This document shows, one piece after another, positions 19,459 through 28,264 of a stretch of 40,492 bases of DNA (positions within the stretch are counted from its first letter, which is position 1; each line of letters begins with the position of its first letter). The position numbers were made by a program, and so were the translations under genes. This DNA comes from a virus. The stretch lies in the UHGV virus genome UHGV-0071542; one strand, 5' to 3'. The notes below the pieces were generated by a model. That model searched no databases. It saw only the letters and a program-made list of their open reading frames with translations, and was not told the origin of the DNA.

Positions 19459-20154
19459 TTATTTGCCATAGAGCACTTCGGCCGCACTACGCTGGCCTTC
19501 ATTACCACCGGTGACCATGCCATCTTCAGACATCGCCTTTCCGATTTTCACGAACGTTTTGACCAGATCAGGGTGATTACCCAGCCCGGTGGTGTTCAGA
19601 TATTCTTTGAGTTCAGGTGTCCCGAACTGGTCAAGCGCACGCTGTGCGGCGCTAAGGTTAGAAATCAACTTGTCGCCACCGATTTCTTTGTCAGCTTTTA
19701 CATCCGCAGCCCACTGCTCGGTTGTTTTCTGCCAGGCTTCTGCCTGGCGCTGCTGAACACCTGCCAGAATCTTCGGATAAGCATCAACCAGCTTTTGCGC
19801 TTGCTCGTTGGTCAGGTTAAGTTCTCGCGCCACCGGCTCGAATTCCTTCAACGCTTCTGTATCCAGCTCTACGCCTTCGGCAGCCTGAAACTCGTACTTC
19901 TCAGGCGCACCCTCTGGTTTATCGCCGTCCTTTTTTTCATCCTGCTTATCGTTTTCAGGCTTTTTGTCATCAGCAGGTTTATCGCCATCAGCAACAGGTT
20001 GTGGCTTATCACCTTCCTGTTGTGATGGATCACCAACTGGAGCAGGGTTATCACCTGCAGGCGCTGACGGTTCTGACGCAGCCGGAGCTGCTCCACCATC
20101 GACTGGTTGCTCATTGCAAAGACGGCTATACAGCAAACGCTCAAACAAATTCAT
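19459..20154 (-). CDS. Scaffolding protein
   Basis: Acidic, Pro/Ala/Asp-rich N-terminus and helical C-terminus; between portal and capsid; ATG at 20154 after GGAG (ORF track extends to GTG at 20160). Confidence 0.6.
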   Translation of the reverse strand: MNLFERLLYSRLCNEQPVDGGAAPAASEPSAPAGDNPAPVGDPSQQEGDKPQPVADGDKPADDKKPENDKQDEKKDGDKPEGAPEKYEFQAAEGVELDTEALKEFEPVARELNLTNEQAQKLVDAYPKILAGVQQRQAEAWQKTTEQWAADVKADKEIGGDKLISNLSAAQRALDQFGTPELKEYLNTTGLGNHPDLVKTFVKIGKAMSEDGMVTGGNEGQRSAAEVLYGK

Positions 20155-20156
20155 GA

Positions 20157-20453
20157 TCACTCCTGTTCACTGGCCTCTTTGGCCATCTTCAAATACTGTT
20201 CAGGGCAATGCGCCATAACGCGCTGAAACAGTTCCAGCGCCAGATTGCGTTGCCCCTCATTAAATGCCATTGCCATAGCGTCCATCGGTGAGATAGCGGA
20301 AAACACACGGCCTTTCTCCAGCACCGACCAGACAACGCGACGCCCCTGTTCACTGCTCATGACAAAGCGAATGTCATCAATTTCACGCTGCGCCATGTCA
20401 CGTTGCTTACGGGCGTTTTCTTCTTTCAGTTGATCGTCTTCGTAATCTGTCAT
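20157..20453 (-). CDS. Hypothetical head-assembly protein (98 aa)
   Basis: Coupled ORF between portal and scaffold. Confidence 0.4.
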   Translation of the reverse strand: MTDYEDDQLKEENARKQRDMAQREIDDIRFVMSSEQGRRVVWSVLEKGRVFSAISPMDAMAMAFNEGQRNLALELFQRVMAHCPEQYLKMAKEASEQE

Positions 20454-22129
20454 TGTGATTGCCCACCCTGACCACTAACTGCATTCGCCATAGCTGACAA
20501 AACACTCGGATCCGAAGTTTTAGCTTCGCTTAGCGTCTTGGCACCCTGTGCCGCCGCCATCCCCATCGCCATCATTTGTTGCTGCTGTTGCTGCTGTGCC
20601 CGTTGCTGGCGAGCATGCTCAACCTGTTCCTGCGGAACAATGACGGTTGGAGACACTCCGGACATATCAGCGAATGCATCGATCGCCTGATCAACGTTGA
20701 GTTTGTCGAGAGCTTCTGGTTTCGCTTGCGCAAGTTGACCAATGAAGTTAACCGTGGACGCCAGACTGGACAGGCCGATAGACTTCTGCGCCTGAGCCAT
20801 GACGGAAATGTATTCGACCTTCAGGGGCATGCCTTCCATCGCGTCAGGCGGTGGCGGCAGCGTGTTTTTACGCACCATCATCGAGAAAGCGCGGTCAATG
20901 AGAGGATTAAGACATTCGTCGTTCAGACGCTCCAGAACCGGCCCCAACATCAGAAGTTTTTCTTCTTTCATTTCGATCACCGCTTCAACAGGCATCGAGC
21001 GGGTATTGATGTTCTGCAACATCATGAACAGATCGACAAAGTAGGCGCTGTTAATGATTTGACGAGTGTCCTGAATGTCTGCCACCAAATCTGCTGTACT
21101 GGGGTTAACCAGATAAGCAGGCCTGAAGCCATCCTGACCAGTAATCTGATCGATATACGTGATGTCGCCAGGAAGAAGGGAGGCGCGCTGATTCTTGAGG
21201 GAAGTCGGAGCAACCATCGGCGGATTGGTGGCTTTATCAATCAACTGCGACTTGCGCTTCTGGAGAAGCTGCAATGCCTTAACAGGTCCAAGCGCCAGCA
21301 TACCCGGGCATGATGATCCATAAACATCTTCGCCGTTAACTTCCCAGCGCGGAGCCATAATTGGAAACTCATCGAATCCGGACTCACGCAACAACTTGTC
21401 GTTATCGCCACCAACCTCGTAATAAACCGATTTGAATGGCTTGTTCTTGCTATCCAGCTTCGATGTATCGCGGTCAATGTTCGGGTAAACCGAATGCATC
21501 ACTTCAATCCACTTCTCGTAGGTGCCGCTTTCCCACATGCTTTTTACGGATTCGCTGACGTTATTTAGCCCGAACTCCTGAACAAGCTGACGAACAGTCA
21601 TAGAGAACTTGCGAAAACAGGTGTCCACACTGCCACGAGGTGAGTTAGCCAGGTAGTAACTGCCTATCGGGAATGGCATTGTGCGAATGATGTCCTCGTC
21701 ATCCTCCAGCACTGCCATTGCACCAGTGCTGTATGTGCCGAGGCTTCCGTATAACTGCGGCAGCGACTGATAGAGATTCGACTTATTGAACATATCGTTC
21801 ATGCGGTTCTGCACCGCCTCAAGCCACAACTTAACAGGGCCATAATCCATCATTTCAGGATCTGGCGTAGCCAGGCGAAACCACGGACGCGCGGGGCTTG
21901 TGATGCCTGACATCATGCCGCTGGCGAGAGTGCGCGCCGCCATAGTCCCGGTCGAATCAATAATGCGTGTATTGCGTCGATCGTTACGGTTGACCTCAGA
22001 AGTCAGAAAGCGGGAACCACGTGGGTTGATGTAATCACTCAACTCGCGCCAGTGCGGCTCGAACGACTGACGCTCGCTTTCAAGTTGTGCGAACTGTTTG
22101 TTCAATCGCTCTTTAGTTGTTTCCGCCAT
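20450..22129 (-). CDS. Portal (head-to-tail connector) protein
   Basis: 559 aa with poly-Gln C-terminal tail; first large gene of the head module. Confidence 0.75.
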   Translation of the reverse strand: MAETTKERLNKQFAQLESERQSFEPHWRELSDYINPRGSRFLTSEVNRNDRRNTRIIDSTGTMAARTLASGMMSGITSPARPWFRLATPDPEMMDYGPVKLWLEAVQNRMNDMFNKSNLYQSLPQLYGSLGTYSTGAMAVLEDDEDIIRTMPFPIGSYYLANSPRGSVDTCFRKFSMTVRQLVQEFGLNNVSESVKSMWESGTYEKWIEVMHSVYPNIDRDTSKLDSKNKPFKSVYYEVGGDNDKLLRESGFDEFPIMAPRWEVNGEDVYGSSCPGMLALGPVKALQLLQKRKSQLIDKATNPPMVAPTSLKNQRASLLPGDITYIDQITGQDGFRPAYLVNPSTADLVADIQDTRQIINSAYFVDLFMMLQNINTRSMPVEAVIEMKEEKLLMLGPVLERLNDECLNPLIDRAFSMMVRKNTLPPPPDAMEGMPLKVEYISVMAQAQKSIGLSSLASTVNFIGQLAQAKPEALDKLNVDQAIDAFADMSGVSPTVIVPQEQVEHARQQRAQQQQQQQMMAMGMAAAQGAKTLSEAKTSDPSVLSAMANAVSGQGGQSQ

Positions 22130-22143
22130 TTCAATGACTCCGG

Positions 22144-22350
22144 TTACTGACCAAGCAGCGTTTTACCGCTGGTATTAGCGGTTGATGTGTCGCCCTGAGA
22201 ACCGGTAAGCAGCGTAGAACTACGACCAGCAGCAGCGCGACGGCGACGAGTTTCTTCGTCGCGGGCATCAACAACGGCGGCATCCTGCTCCTGTGGTGCT
22301 GCCTGAACTTCTGGTGTTGCAGGCACTGATGGTGAGCTACCCATGCACAT
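22144..22350 (-). CDS. Small low-complexity protein upstream of portal (68 aa)
   Basis: RBS GGAG 9 nt upstream of ATG; the alternative overlapping ORF 22131..22370 is less plausible. Confidence 0.35.
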   Translation of the reverse strand: MCMGSSPSVPATPEVQAAPQEQDAAVVDARDEETRRRRAAAGRSSTLLTGSQGDTSTANTSGKTLLGQ

Positions 22351-22440
22351 ATCAATGACTCCGTACGCAATTAAATTATTACCAATTTAACCACATATGA
22401 TTTATTTATCGTAGATAGTTGACATTTAACGCACAAATTA

Positions 22441-22455
22441 TTACCTTTCAGGTAA
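22441..22455. promoter_or_regulatory. Operator-like palindrome TTACCTTTCAGGTAA next to a TTGACA -35 hexamer
   Basis: Identical to the site at 5516-5530; TTGACA at 22419-22424. Confidence 0.5.
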
Positions 22456-22777
22456 GCAAAGAGTTCATTCCGGTTATTAACCTGACTGGCTTGTCGTTAA
22501 ATTGAACAGGTGGAGTGAGCTTTTATTTTGAGCAGTACGGCGTATGGCACATGCGCCGATAGCGGTCTGGATACGTTTAAGGGGCACCCTCCCTTGCTCG
22601 GGCAAACGAACCAGGTAGCCGGAATGTGCAAGTCGAGCGGTTTTATTCCGCGCACGGGGATTCACCATCCCGGCGATTCGGTGTGACGCCTCGGAAGAGA
22701 CGAGGGTACAACGATGAGAGCATTTATGGAGCCGCGACAAAGTGTGGTGCCTTAACAGGCTAAGTGCTCTCAGCGTT

Positions 22778-22854
22778 GTGGCATTAGCTCAGTTGGACAG
22801 AGCAACCGCCTTCTAAGCGGTTGGTCGCAGGTTCGAATCCTGCATGCCACGCCA
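22778..22854 (+). tRNA. tRNA-Arg (anticodon UCU), phage-encoded
   Basis: 77 nt; 7-bp acceptor stem GTGGCAT/ATGCCAC; D-arm GCTC..GAGC; anticodon loop CTTCTAA; T-arm GCAGG-TTCGAAT-CCTGC; 3' GCCA. Confidence 0.85.
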
Positions 22855-22897
22855 GAATCACGCCTAAGGACCGTGATACCAGAAGTTCCAGGTGCTT

Positions 22898-22939
22898 GGC
22901 GGTGATAGTTTCCCTTGAAGGACTATCACCGCCCTTTTT
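22898..22939 (+). terminator. Rho-independent terminator downstream of tRNA
   Basis: 12-bp perfect stem GGCGGTGATAGT/ACTATCACCGCC followed by CTTTTT. Confidence 0.7.
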
Positions 22940-23017
22940 ACAGCAGGACGCCATTGCGATGACTTCATGCTGTAAACCCGTGCAGCCACGGAAGGCATAA
23001 CTCATTGCTTCCAGTTC

Positions 23018-23041
23018 GCCCGGTTCGCCGGGCATTTTTTT
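23018..23041 (+). terminator. Second rho-independent terminator
   Basis: Hairpin GCCCGG-TTCG-CCGGGC followed by ATTTTTTT. Confidence 0.6.
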
Positions 23042-23057
23042 GCTTGATGACCGCAAA

Positions 23058-23072
23058 TTACCTTAAAGGTAT
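23058..23072. promoter_or_regulatory. Operator-like palindrome TTACCTTAAAGGTAT overlapping the moron promoter
   Basis: Lies between TTGATG (23044-23049) and TATAAT (23070-23075). Confidence 0.45.
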
Positions 23073-23076
23073 AATC

Positions 23077-23895
23077 ATGAAAAACTTCAAGGTAATTAGC
23101 ATGTTTGAATCGTTCAAAGAGCTGTTTTTATCTACTGCCAATACTGCCGTGAATCGAGCCAAAAACCCTGTGCTTGGTGCTTTTGTTATGTCCTGGTGCG
23201 CCTTCAACTGGAAATCAATTCTTTATCTATTTTTTAGCAAATCAAACATAATAGATAAAATTTCATATATCTCAGATAACAGCACATGGAAAACTGTTAT
23301 GTTTTATCCATGCTTATCTGTAATTGCTATCTGCTGCCTATTACCATGGGTAAACAATATCATTAACGTATGGCAAGCAAAGCCTCTTGATAATAATGAC
23401 TCAATCGAAAATCACCTGAAGGCAAGAAAAATCCAGCGTGAAACAAGACTGCAGAGGTTATTGGCTAAAAAAGATGTTACATACGACAAAGTTAAGACTG
23501 GCGCGGAAAAAGACATCCAAGAGATGAAAGAAGAGATTATTCGATCAAAGAATAGTATGGGGGAATTGACTGCCGAGTTGAAAGCTAAAGATGACGAATT
23601 GAGATCCGCCAGTGCTCAGTTAGCAGCTCTAAATCATTCATTAAAAGAGATATCGGAAACTCTTGGAAGAATGAATGAGGCATATAAGACCCTCCAAAAT
23701 GATTTCGACGAATACAAACTCAAATACCCTGAAAAATCTCAAATAAAAAGCCTTGCACTTGGCAACGGCCAAACAATTAGCAACTTTTTGGAGCAACACA
23801 ACTTATCCGGATTAAAATCTGGTAAGCCAAACGTTTTTAATAACTTTGGTGTTCTATCTGGATTATCAGGTTTCGAGGATAAAAATAAAGACTAA
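23077..23895 (+). CDS. AT-rich moron: membrane-anchored (2 TM) coiled-coil protein; candidate superinfection-exclusion/abortive-infection factor
   Basis: Low GC versus neighbours; two hydrophobic helices then long Lys/Glu-rich coiled coil; several AGA/AGG codons; stop overlaps terL stop convergently; true start may be ATG at 23101. Confidence 0.55.
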   Translation: MKNFKVISMFESFKELFLSTANTAVNRAKNPVLGAFVMSWCAFNWKSILYLFFSKSNIIDKISYISDNSTWKTVMFYPCLSVIAICCLLPWVNNIINVWQAKPLDNNDSIENHLKARKIQRETRLQRLLAKKDVTYDKVKTGAEKDIQEMKEEIIRSKNSMGELTAELKAKDDELRSASAQLAALNHSLKEISETLGRMNEAYKTLQNDFDEYKLKYPEKSQIKSLALGNGQTISNFLEQHNLSGLKSGKPNVFNNFGVLSGLSGFEDKNKD

Positions 23896-25367
23896 GCATA
23901 TGGATCGTACTCGGTAAGCGCCTTGCCTTGCTGGTTCTGCTGCCCGGGAAGTCGCAGGCGCTTTGACACCGGGAAAGCAAACGTCAGCAGTAGCGCATCG
24001 CCTTTACCAGGCGAACGCCCAAGTCGTTCTTTGATATCTTCCTTCGGTTCGATAACGATTTTACCGTCCACGCGAACTTTGTACTCTGCCGCCGACAGAT
24101 CGTCCGCTGTTTCCTGGTCATCCAGCATCCCGCCCAACCTCAGCCATGTCTTGCATGAGTTGAACATCTCCCCGCGCTTATTGAGCATCTGCGGGTCAGT
24201 AGACGCGCCGCCGAACGGAACAAGTTGCCAAGTACGCCCCCAGCCATCACCGATTGACTTCAAACCGGTTCCGTAACCGAAGTCGATGAACACCGCGTCA
24301 GCCTGATACTGGTCTTCAAAGTCAGCGATACGCTTCGCCATAATCAGATCGTCAGTGGTCTTGTTGCCAGTCCACAGCACCTTACTGTGTAGCCCCTGCC
24401 GCAGGTATATCACCGCGTCATCAACGCCTGAATATGCCGGGTCAACACCGATTATCACCGGAGCATGCGCCACCTGCGCAGCGGTTACCACCCGTTTCAT
24501 TGCCTCATCAGTAAGACCGGTAGGGATAAACTGCAATTCAGATGCATCAGGGAATATGCCGCGCACACGGATTTTAACGAAGTCGCTGTCTTCCCCGTAG
24601 TCATCAACCCATTTCTGCAACTGCTGTTTGTTAGTGCCTTCCACCGTCCGGCTGTCAATCTGCGCAGTTTTCCAGCGGTGTTTATATTTGCGGAAACATT
24701 CGCGGAAACGCCCGGTGTTACGTGTAGGGTTTCCGAACGCCACCCAGATAATCTCAGTGTCTTCGTCCGTAAGCGCACCCTCAGCAACTTCCCACACCAG
24801 ATCCGCAATGTTCGACGCTTCATCGAATACCACGATGATGCGTTTGCGCTCGTTGTGTAGTCCGGCGAATGCCTCAGTGTTGTGCTCAGACCAGGGGATT
24901 GCGTCAGCTCGCCACCGCTTGTCGTGCCCAGGATCATTGCTGTACATCGCGGTAGCGGTACAGGTAAACCAGTCTTTCGTGATAGCAAGGTTCGACCACT
25001 TGATAATTTCCGGCCAGGTCTTCGTTCGTAGCTGGTTGTCGGTGTTGGCGGTCACCACGACCTTACAATCCTCGCAAGTGGACATGCCCCAGTTGATCAG
25101 CATTGAGATGAATGCGGATTTACCAATACCGTGACCAGAAGCACGTGCCAGCATAAGCGGCTGATAACGCGTCTCTGGATTCTGCAGGTGATCACGTATC
25201 TCTCGGAACGCATCGGCCTGCCACTGACGTGGGCCGGTAGCATGTGCCAGTTCAGTCCCCTCTTCCCCCCACGGGAACGCATAGAGGGCATAGCCAAGCG
25301 GATCGTGAGTGAACCCTGCAATATCCTCGATTAACTGCTCTTCAGGAGATAACGCTGTATCTGTCAC
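23892..25367 (-). CDS. Terminase large subunit
   Basis: 491 aa with ATPase-like N-terminus and nuclease-like C-terminus; coupled downstream of terminase small subunit. Confidence 0.8.
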   Translation of the reverse strand: MTDTALSPEEQLIEDIAGFTHDPLGYALYAFPWGEEGTELAHATGPRQWQADAFREIRDHLQNPETRYQPLMLARASGHGIGKSAFISMLINWGMSTCEDCKVVVTANTDNQLRTKTWPEIIKWSNLAITKDWFTCTATAMYSNDPGHDKRWRADAIPWSEHNTEAFAGLHNERKRIIVVFDEASNIADLVWEVAEGALTDEDTEIIWVAFGNPTRNTGRFRECFRKYKHRWKTAQIDSRTVEGTNKQQLQKWVDDYGEDSDFVKIRVRGIFPDASELQFIPTGLTDEAMKRVVTAAQVAHAPVIIGVDPAYSGVDDAVIYLRQGLHSKVLWTGNKTTDDLIMAKRIADFEDQYQADAVFIDFGYGTGLKSIGDGWGRTWQLVPFGGASTDPQMLNKRGEMFNSCKTWLRLGGMLDDQETADDLSAAEYKVRVDGKIVIEPKEDIKERLGRSPGKGDALLLTFAFPVSKRLRLPGQQNQQGKALTEYDPYA

Positions 25368-25960
25368 TGATTACCATCCTGACGTTCTTTGAGTCGCTTC
25401 CTGGCTGCTGCTATGCGATCAGCAATTGTCACATTCACATTAACATCCAGACGTTCTTTGAACGCGTTGACATCAACATGCTTACCAATCAGCTCAAGGT
25501 TCTTCACCTTGTCAGGCCATTTAATTTTTTTGAGGATTGTCTCTATCGAATCCTCGTTCATGTTCATGATGGTCGATGACAAATCAAAGCCACTAAGCGT
25601 AGTGCGCCAGATTTTCGGCCACTCACGGATTGGTTTAAGGCTCCCATCGTCGTTGAGGATGTCGATCACGTCCATCTGGTCGATCTCCACTAGGCGCATG
25701 AGAACGTAATCAGCACTGACGCGCATTCGTTTGTTGCGCTCCTCCATCAACTCGGCAATCCGTTTTTGAATGCGTTCATCGCGCATCATGACACTGGCTT
25801 TAACTGCCGCTGTATTTGGGGAGAATCCTGCGTTAATCGCTGCCTGAGTCTGGTTTTCAGGCGTTTTGATGTATGACTGGCAATAAGCCTCCTGCATTGC
25901 TGTGAGCGGCTTAAATTGCGTTGATTTGCGTTTATAGGTTTTAGGTTCAGCAGGCATCAT
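25364..25960 (-). CDS. Terminase small subunit
   Basis: Helix-turn-helix-like N-terminus; precedes terL with overlap; start set to MMPAEP (ORF track extends upstream through a repeat region). Confidence 0.65.
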   Translation of the reverse strand: MMPAEPKTYKRKSTQFKPLTAMQEAYCQSYIKTPENQTQAAINAGFSPNTAAVKASVMMRDERIQKRIAELMEERNKRMRVSADYVLMRLVEIDQMDVIDILNDDGSLKPIREWPKIWRTTLSGFDLSSTIMNMNEDSIETILKKIKWPDKVKNLELIGKHVDVNAFKERLDVNVNVTIADRIAAARKRLKERQDGNQ

Positions 25961-25967
25961 AACCACC

Positions 25968-26000
25968 GTGGTAATAGTTACCGTTGTGGTAATAGTAACA
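25968..26000. repeat. Tandem direct repeat GTGGTAATAGT(T/A)AC x2 upstream of terS
   Basis: Copies at 25968-25981 and 25986-25999; contains GGTAA-N3-TTACC. Confidence 0.45.
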
Positions 26001-26034
26001 TGCAAAATAAAGCCGCCATAGTTGGCGGCAGCAT

Positions 26035-26268
26035 TCAAAGTCCATCAAATTCATCGTAAAAACTCTCGTCAAGATACCCTTCCCATTTACCGCGAATGAA
26101 AATTACATCCTCACCGCAAGGGTGCTGACTGTCGATAACTATATCCCTCCTGGCGCAACCATACTTGTGCATAAGAAATTTAACCTCTTTCGGAAAATTT
26201 GCTGAGTTATCTCTCATATCTTCAAGGTCGTAGCGTATTTTTGGCATAACACCTTCGTGACATGTCAC
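26035..26268 (-). CDS. Hypothetical protein (77 aa)
   Basis: Coupled ORF in early-right accessory block. Confidence 0.4.
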   Translation of the reverse strand: MTCHEGVMPKIRYDLEDMRDNSANFPKEVKFLMHKYGCARRDIVIDSQHPCGEDVIFIRGKWEGYLDESFYDEFDGL

Positions 26269-26606
26269 GCTATTAATTTCGTTTCATGCCAGCCTTTGGT
26301 CACCCAGCATTGCGAGTCACCATTACACGGGCATGAATTCACAGGAACTCTCTCGCCGCACTTACCGCAACGTTTTCTGCTGATAGATTTTATACGCCCG
26401 TGCACGCGTACATCATCCTGGCGGATCAGTAACGCGATATACTCACCAAATTCGTAAGGTGCACGCCCGGGGCGACGTGTGGCACAGTTACGCTCCAGCA
26501 TTTCAATTTCCTGAGCATCAAGCACAATCTCCAGCTTACGTACACCGGATTCAGCTTGTCTGGCTCTCTGAGCGGCTTTGCGCTCTGCTGCTGATTTAGC
26601 CATCAA
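26265..26606 (-). CDS. Hypothetical protein with C-terminal Cys-rich zinc-ribbon-like motif (113 aa)
   Basis: CGKCGE...CPCNGDSQC cluster. Confidence 0.4.
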   Translation of the reverse strand: MMAKSAAERKAAQRARQAESGVRKLEIVLDAQEIEMLERNCATRRPGRAPYEFGEYIALLIRQDDVRVHGRIKSISRKRCGKCGERVPVNSCPCNGDSQCWVTKGWHETKLIA

Positions 26607-27495
26607 TATTCACCTTTATCGCGTAAACCTTTATCGGTTTATCACCGAAGTGGGGGTGTGTGATTGTTTTCACTTCATATCCTCCATACGGAACATCAAT
26701 TCTGCGACTGGAGTCGTCGCGCTTCGGATATCCCTTTGTGATAATCAGGCGGTCATACTCGCGTAACATAATTCGCTTATTCCAGTAGTCATTACACAAG
26801 CGATACTCTTCCGTTTTCTCTCCGCGAATCATGGCATCGAAGTATTCACCTTTGACGGCAAGTTGCAGGTTAGCCACGGTTAACCTCCTGCGGCGTTCTG
26901 GTAGTGGCATCCAGTGTGTGACATTGCTAATCAGACCATATTCATTAGTTTGAGGATGGTTGCCGTTATCGTCTCCGTATTTAAGACTCTCCATAAAGCC
27001 ATAATGCCTATCACCATTAACGCTCACAAAGCCGTAATAAGCAGGTATAACGCCGATCTCACACGTAACCAGTAAAGGAAAACTAGTTCTCCAATTTAGC
27101 TCGCCAATTACAGGCATTCGCTCACTACAGCTTATCCAACCATCCGGAGTTACCGGAGAGTTGCCAGCGGCCTCGGGCATATCCGGACCTTTGCGAATAG
27201 CCTTTGCAAGCTCAACAGGGTCATCGTAAAGCCAGTCGCCAGTTTGTGGGTGATTTGCTTCTGCAAGCTGCGCAGCCCATTCAAGACCATCTTTTTGACC
27301 TTGGAGATAATCAAGCGGCAACTCTTCATGATTACTTGCAGGTTCGGCACTATCAGCTTCGCGCCGCTTCTGTAGCTCTGCTGCCATTGCTCTCACGACT
27401 TCAACTGGTGCCCTTGCAGCAAACTCTATGTTGGTGATCAGCTCATTAAGATATTGCTCGCCTGGATACTGTTTCTTATCGGTTATAGTGGTCAT
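26596..27495 (-). CDS. Ead/Ea22-like protein with DUF551-like and ASCH-like regions (299 aa)
   Basis: N-terminus MTTIT shared with 28265..28777; central motif resembling DUF551; C-terminal beta-barrel-like region. Confidence 0.45.
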   Translation of the reverse strand: MTTITDKKQYPGEQYLNELITNIEFAARAPVEVVRAMAAELQKRREADSAEPASNHEELPLDYLQGQKDGLEWAAQLAEANHPQTGDWLYDDPVELAKAIRKGPDMPEAAGNSPVTPDGWISCSERMPVIGELNWRTSFPLLVTCEIGVIPAYYGFVSVNGDRHYGFMESLKYGDDNGNHPQTNEYGLISNVTHWMPLPERRRRLTVANLQLAVKGEYFDAMIRGEKTEEYRLCNDYWNKRIMLREYDRLIITKGYPKRDDSSRRIDVPYGGYEVKTITHPHFGDKPIKVYAIKVNIDG

Positions 27496-27505
27496 GTGTT
27501 ACTCC

Positions 27506-27769
27506 TTAACCCGCAGTGCTTTCAACTGATGAGGGGAACAAAATCTTTTCATCAAACCCTGCATTCATATCATGAACAGCAACACACCAATCCATCGACG
27601 AACGATTATCAAGAGCCTCCATGATTTCATCCATGCGGCGCAGGTCATACAGGTAAATGCTTTTATCGCCAATGGTGTAAAAACCAATTTTTTTCGGTGA
27701 TGGACAGCGATCAAGAACGTCCTGTAATTCGCTCAACCATGCTTGTTCTTTTTTTGTCAAAGTTGCCAT
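27506..27769 (-). CDS. Hypothetical protein (87 aa)
   Basis: ORF with RBS; conserved junction element upstream. Confidence 0.4.
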   Translation of the reverse strand: MATLTKKEQAWLSELQDVLDRCPSPKKIGFYTIGDKSIYLYDLRRMDEIMEALDNRSSMDWCVAVHDMNAGFDEKILFPSSVESTAG

Positions 27770-27770
27770 A

Positions 27771-28262
27771 TCACTCTCCTTTGATGCGAATGCCAGTGGT
27801 ACTCATTCTCCTGATTTCCCAGAGCACACGAGGAACACCACCGTTTCCGACCGGATCGCGTTTACTCCGCAGGGCGACGCTTGATTCCGCCCAGCTTTTT
27901 CTTGGAGGAAGCTCTTTCACACGAACAAAACCAGCTGCGCGGAGAGATGCTCCTGATTCATCTGCCTGGGTGTACGTAATACAACGTTGATAACCCATAG
28001 CCTTTGCTGCCCGCCAGACAGCACCATAAAGTGCGCTGTTAGCGTTGCGTTCTCCTGTGGTACATGTGCGATTTACTTCAAGCGTTAATCCATCGTCCAA
28101 ATGTCGTGCAACAGGTCGACCAGCTGTCGCCACACCTATCAATTCTCCGGCATCATTTATCAGACCAATGCTGAATTTATGCCCCACCGGGGGTTTATTG
28201 TGTCGGTGATGTCTTGATATAAACGCCTTCGCAACACGAAGAGTAACCGGTGAAATTTGCAC
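27771..28262 (-). CDS. Hypothetical protein, possible GNAT-like fold (163 aa)
   Basis: GTG start 2 nt after upstream stop within junction AAAGGAGAGTGAGAGTG; C-terminal segment resembles GNAT core; weak. Confidence 0.4.
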   Translation of the reverse strand: MQISPVTLRVAKAFISRHHRHNKPPVGHKFSIGLINDAGELIGVATAGRPVARHLDDGLTLEVNRTCTTGERNANSALYGAVWRAAKAMGYQRCITYTQADESGASLRAAGFVRVKELPPRKSWAESSVALRSKRDPVGNGGVPRVLWEIRRMSTTGIRIKGE

Positions 28263-28264
28263 TC

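Noticed and set aside
22131-22370. Alternative 79-aa ORF overlapping 22144..22350
   Set aside because: It lacks an RBS and its Cys/His/Arg-rich translation looks like an off-frame product; the other frame has a GGAG RBS and was preferred, with low confidence.
22477-22740. 87-aa minus-strand ORF upstream of the tRNA
   Set aside because: No RBS, Arg/Ser-rich composition typical of a wrong frame, and it lies in a hairpin-rich non-coding region.
22784-23056. 90-aa minus-strand ORF
   Set aside because: It runs antisense across the tRNA-Arg gene and both terminator hairpins, has no RBS and lies in a region best explained by RNA features.
26265-28262. GNAT toxin with RHH antitoxin pair
   Set aside because: The GNAT-like resemblance of 27771..28262 is weak (no clear acetyl-CoA binding motif), the adjacent 87-aa protein has no RHH features, and the gene order does not fit.
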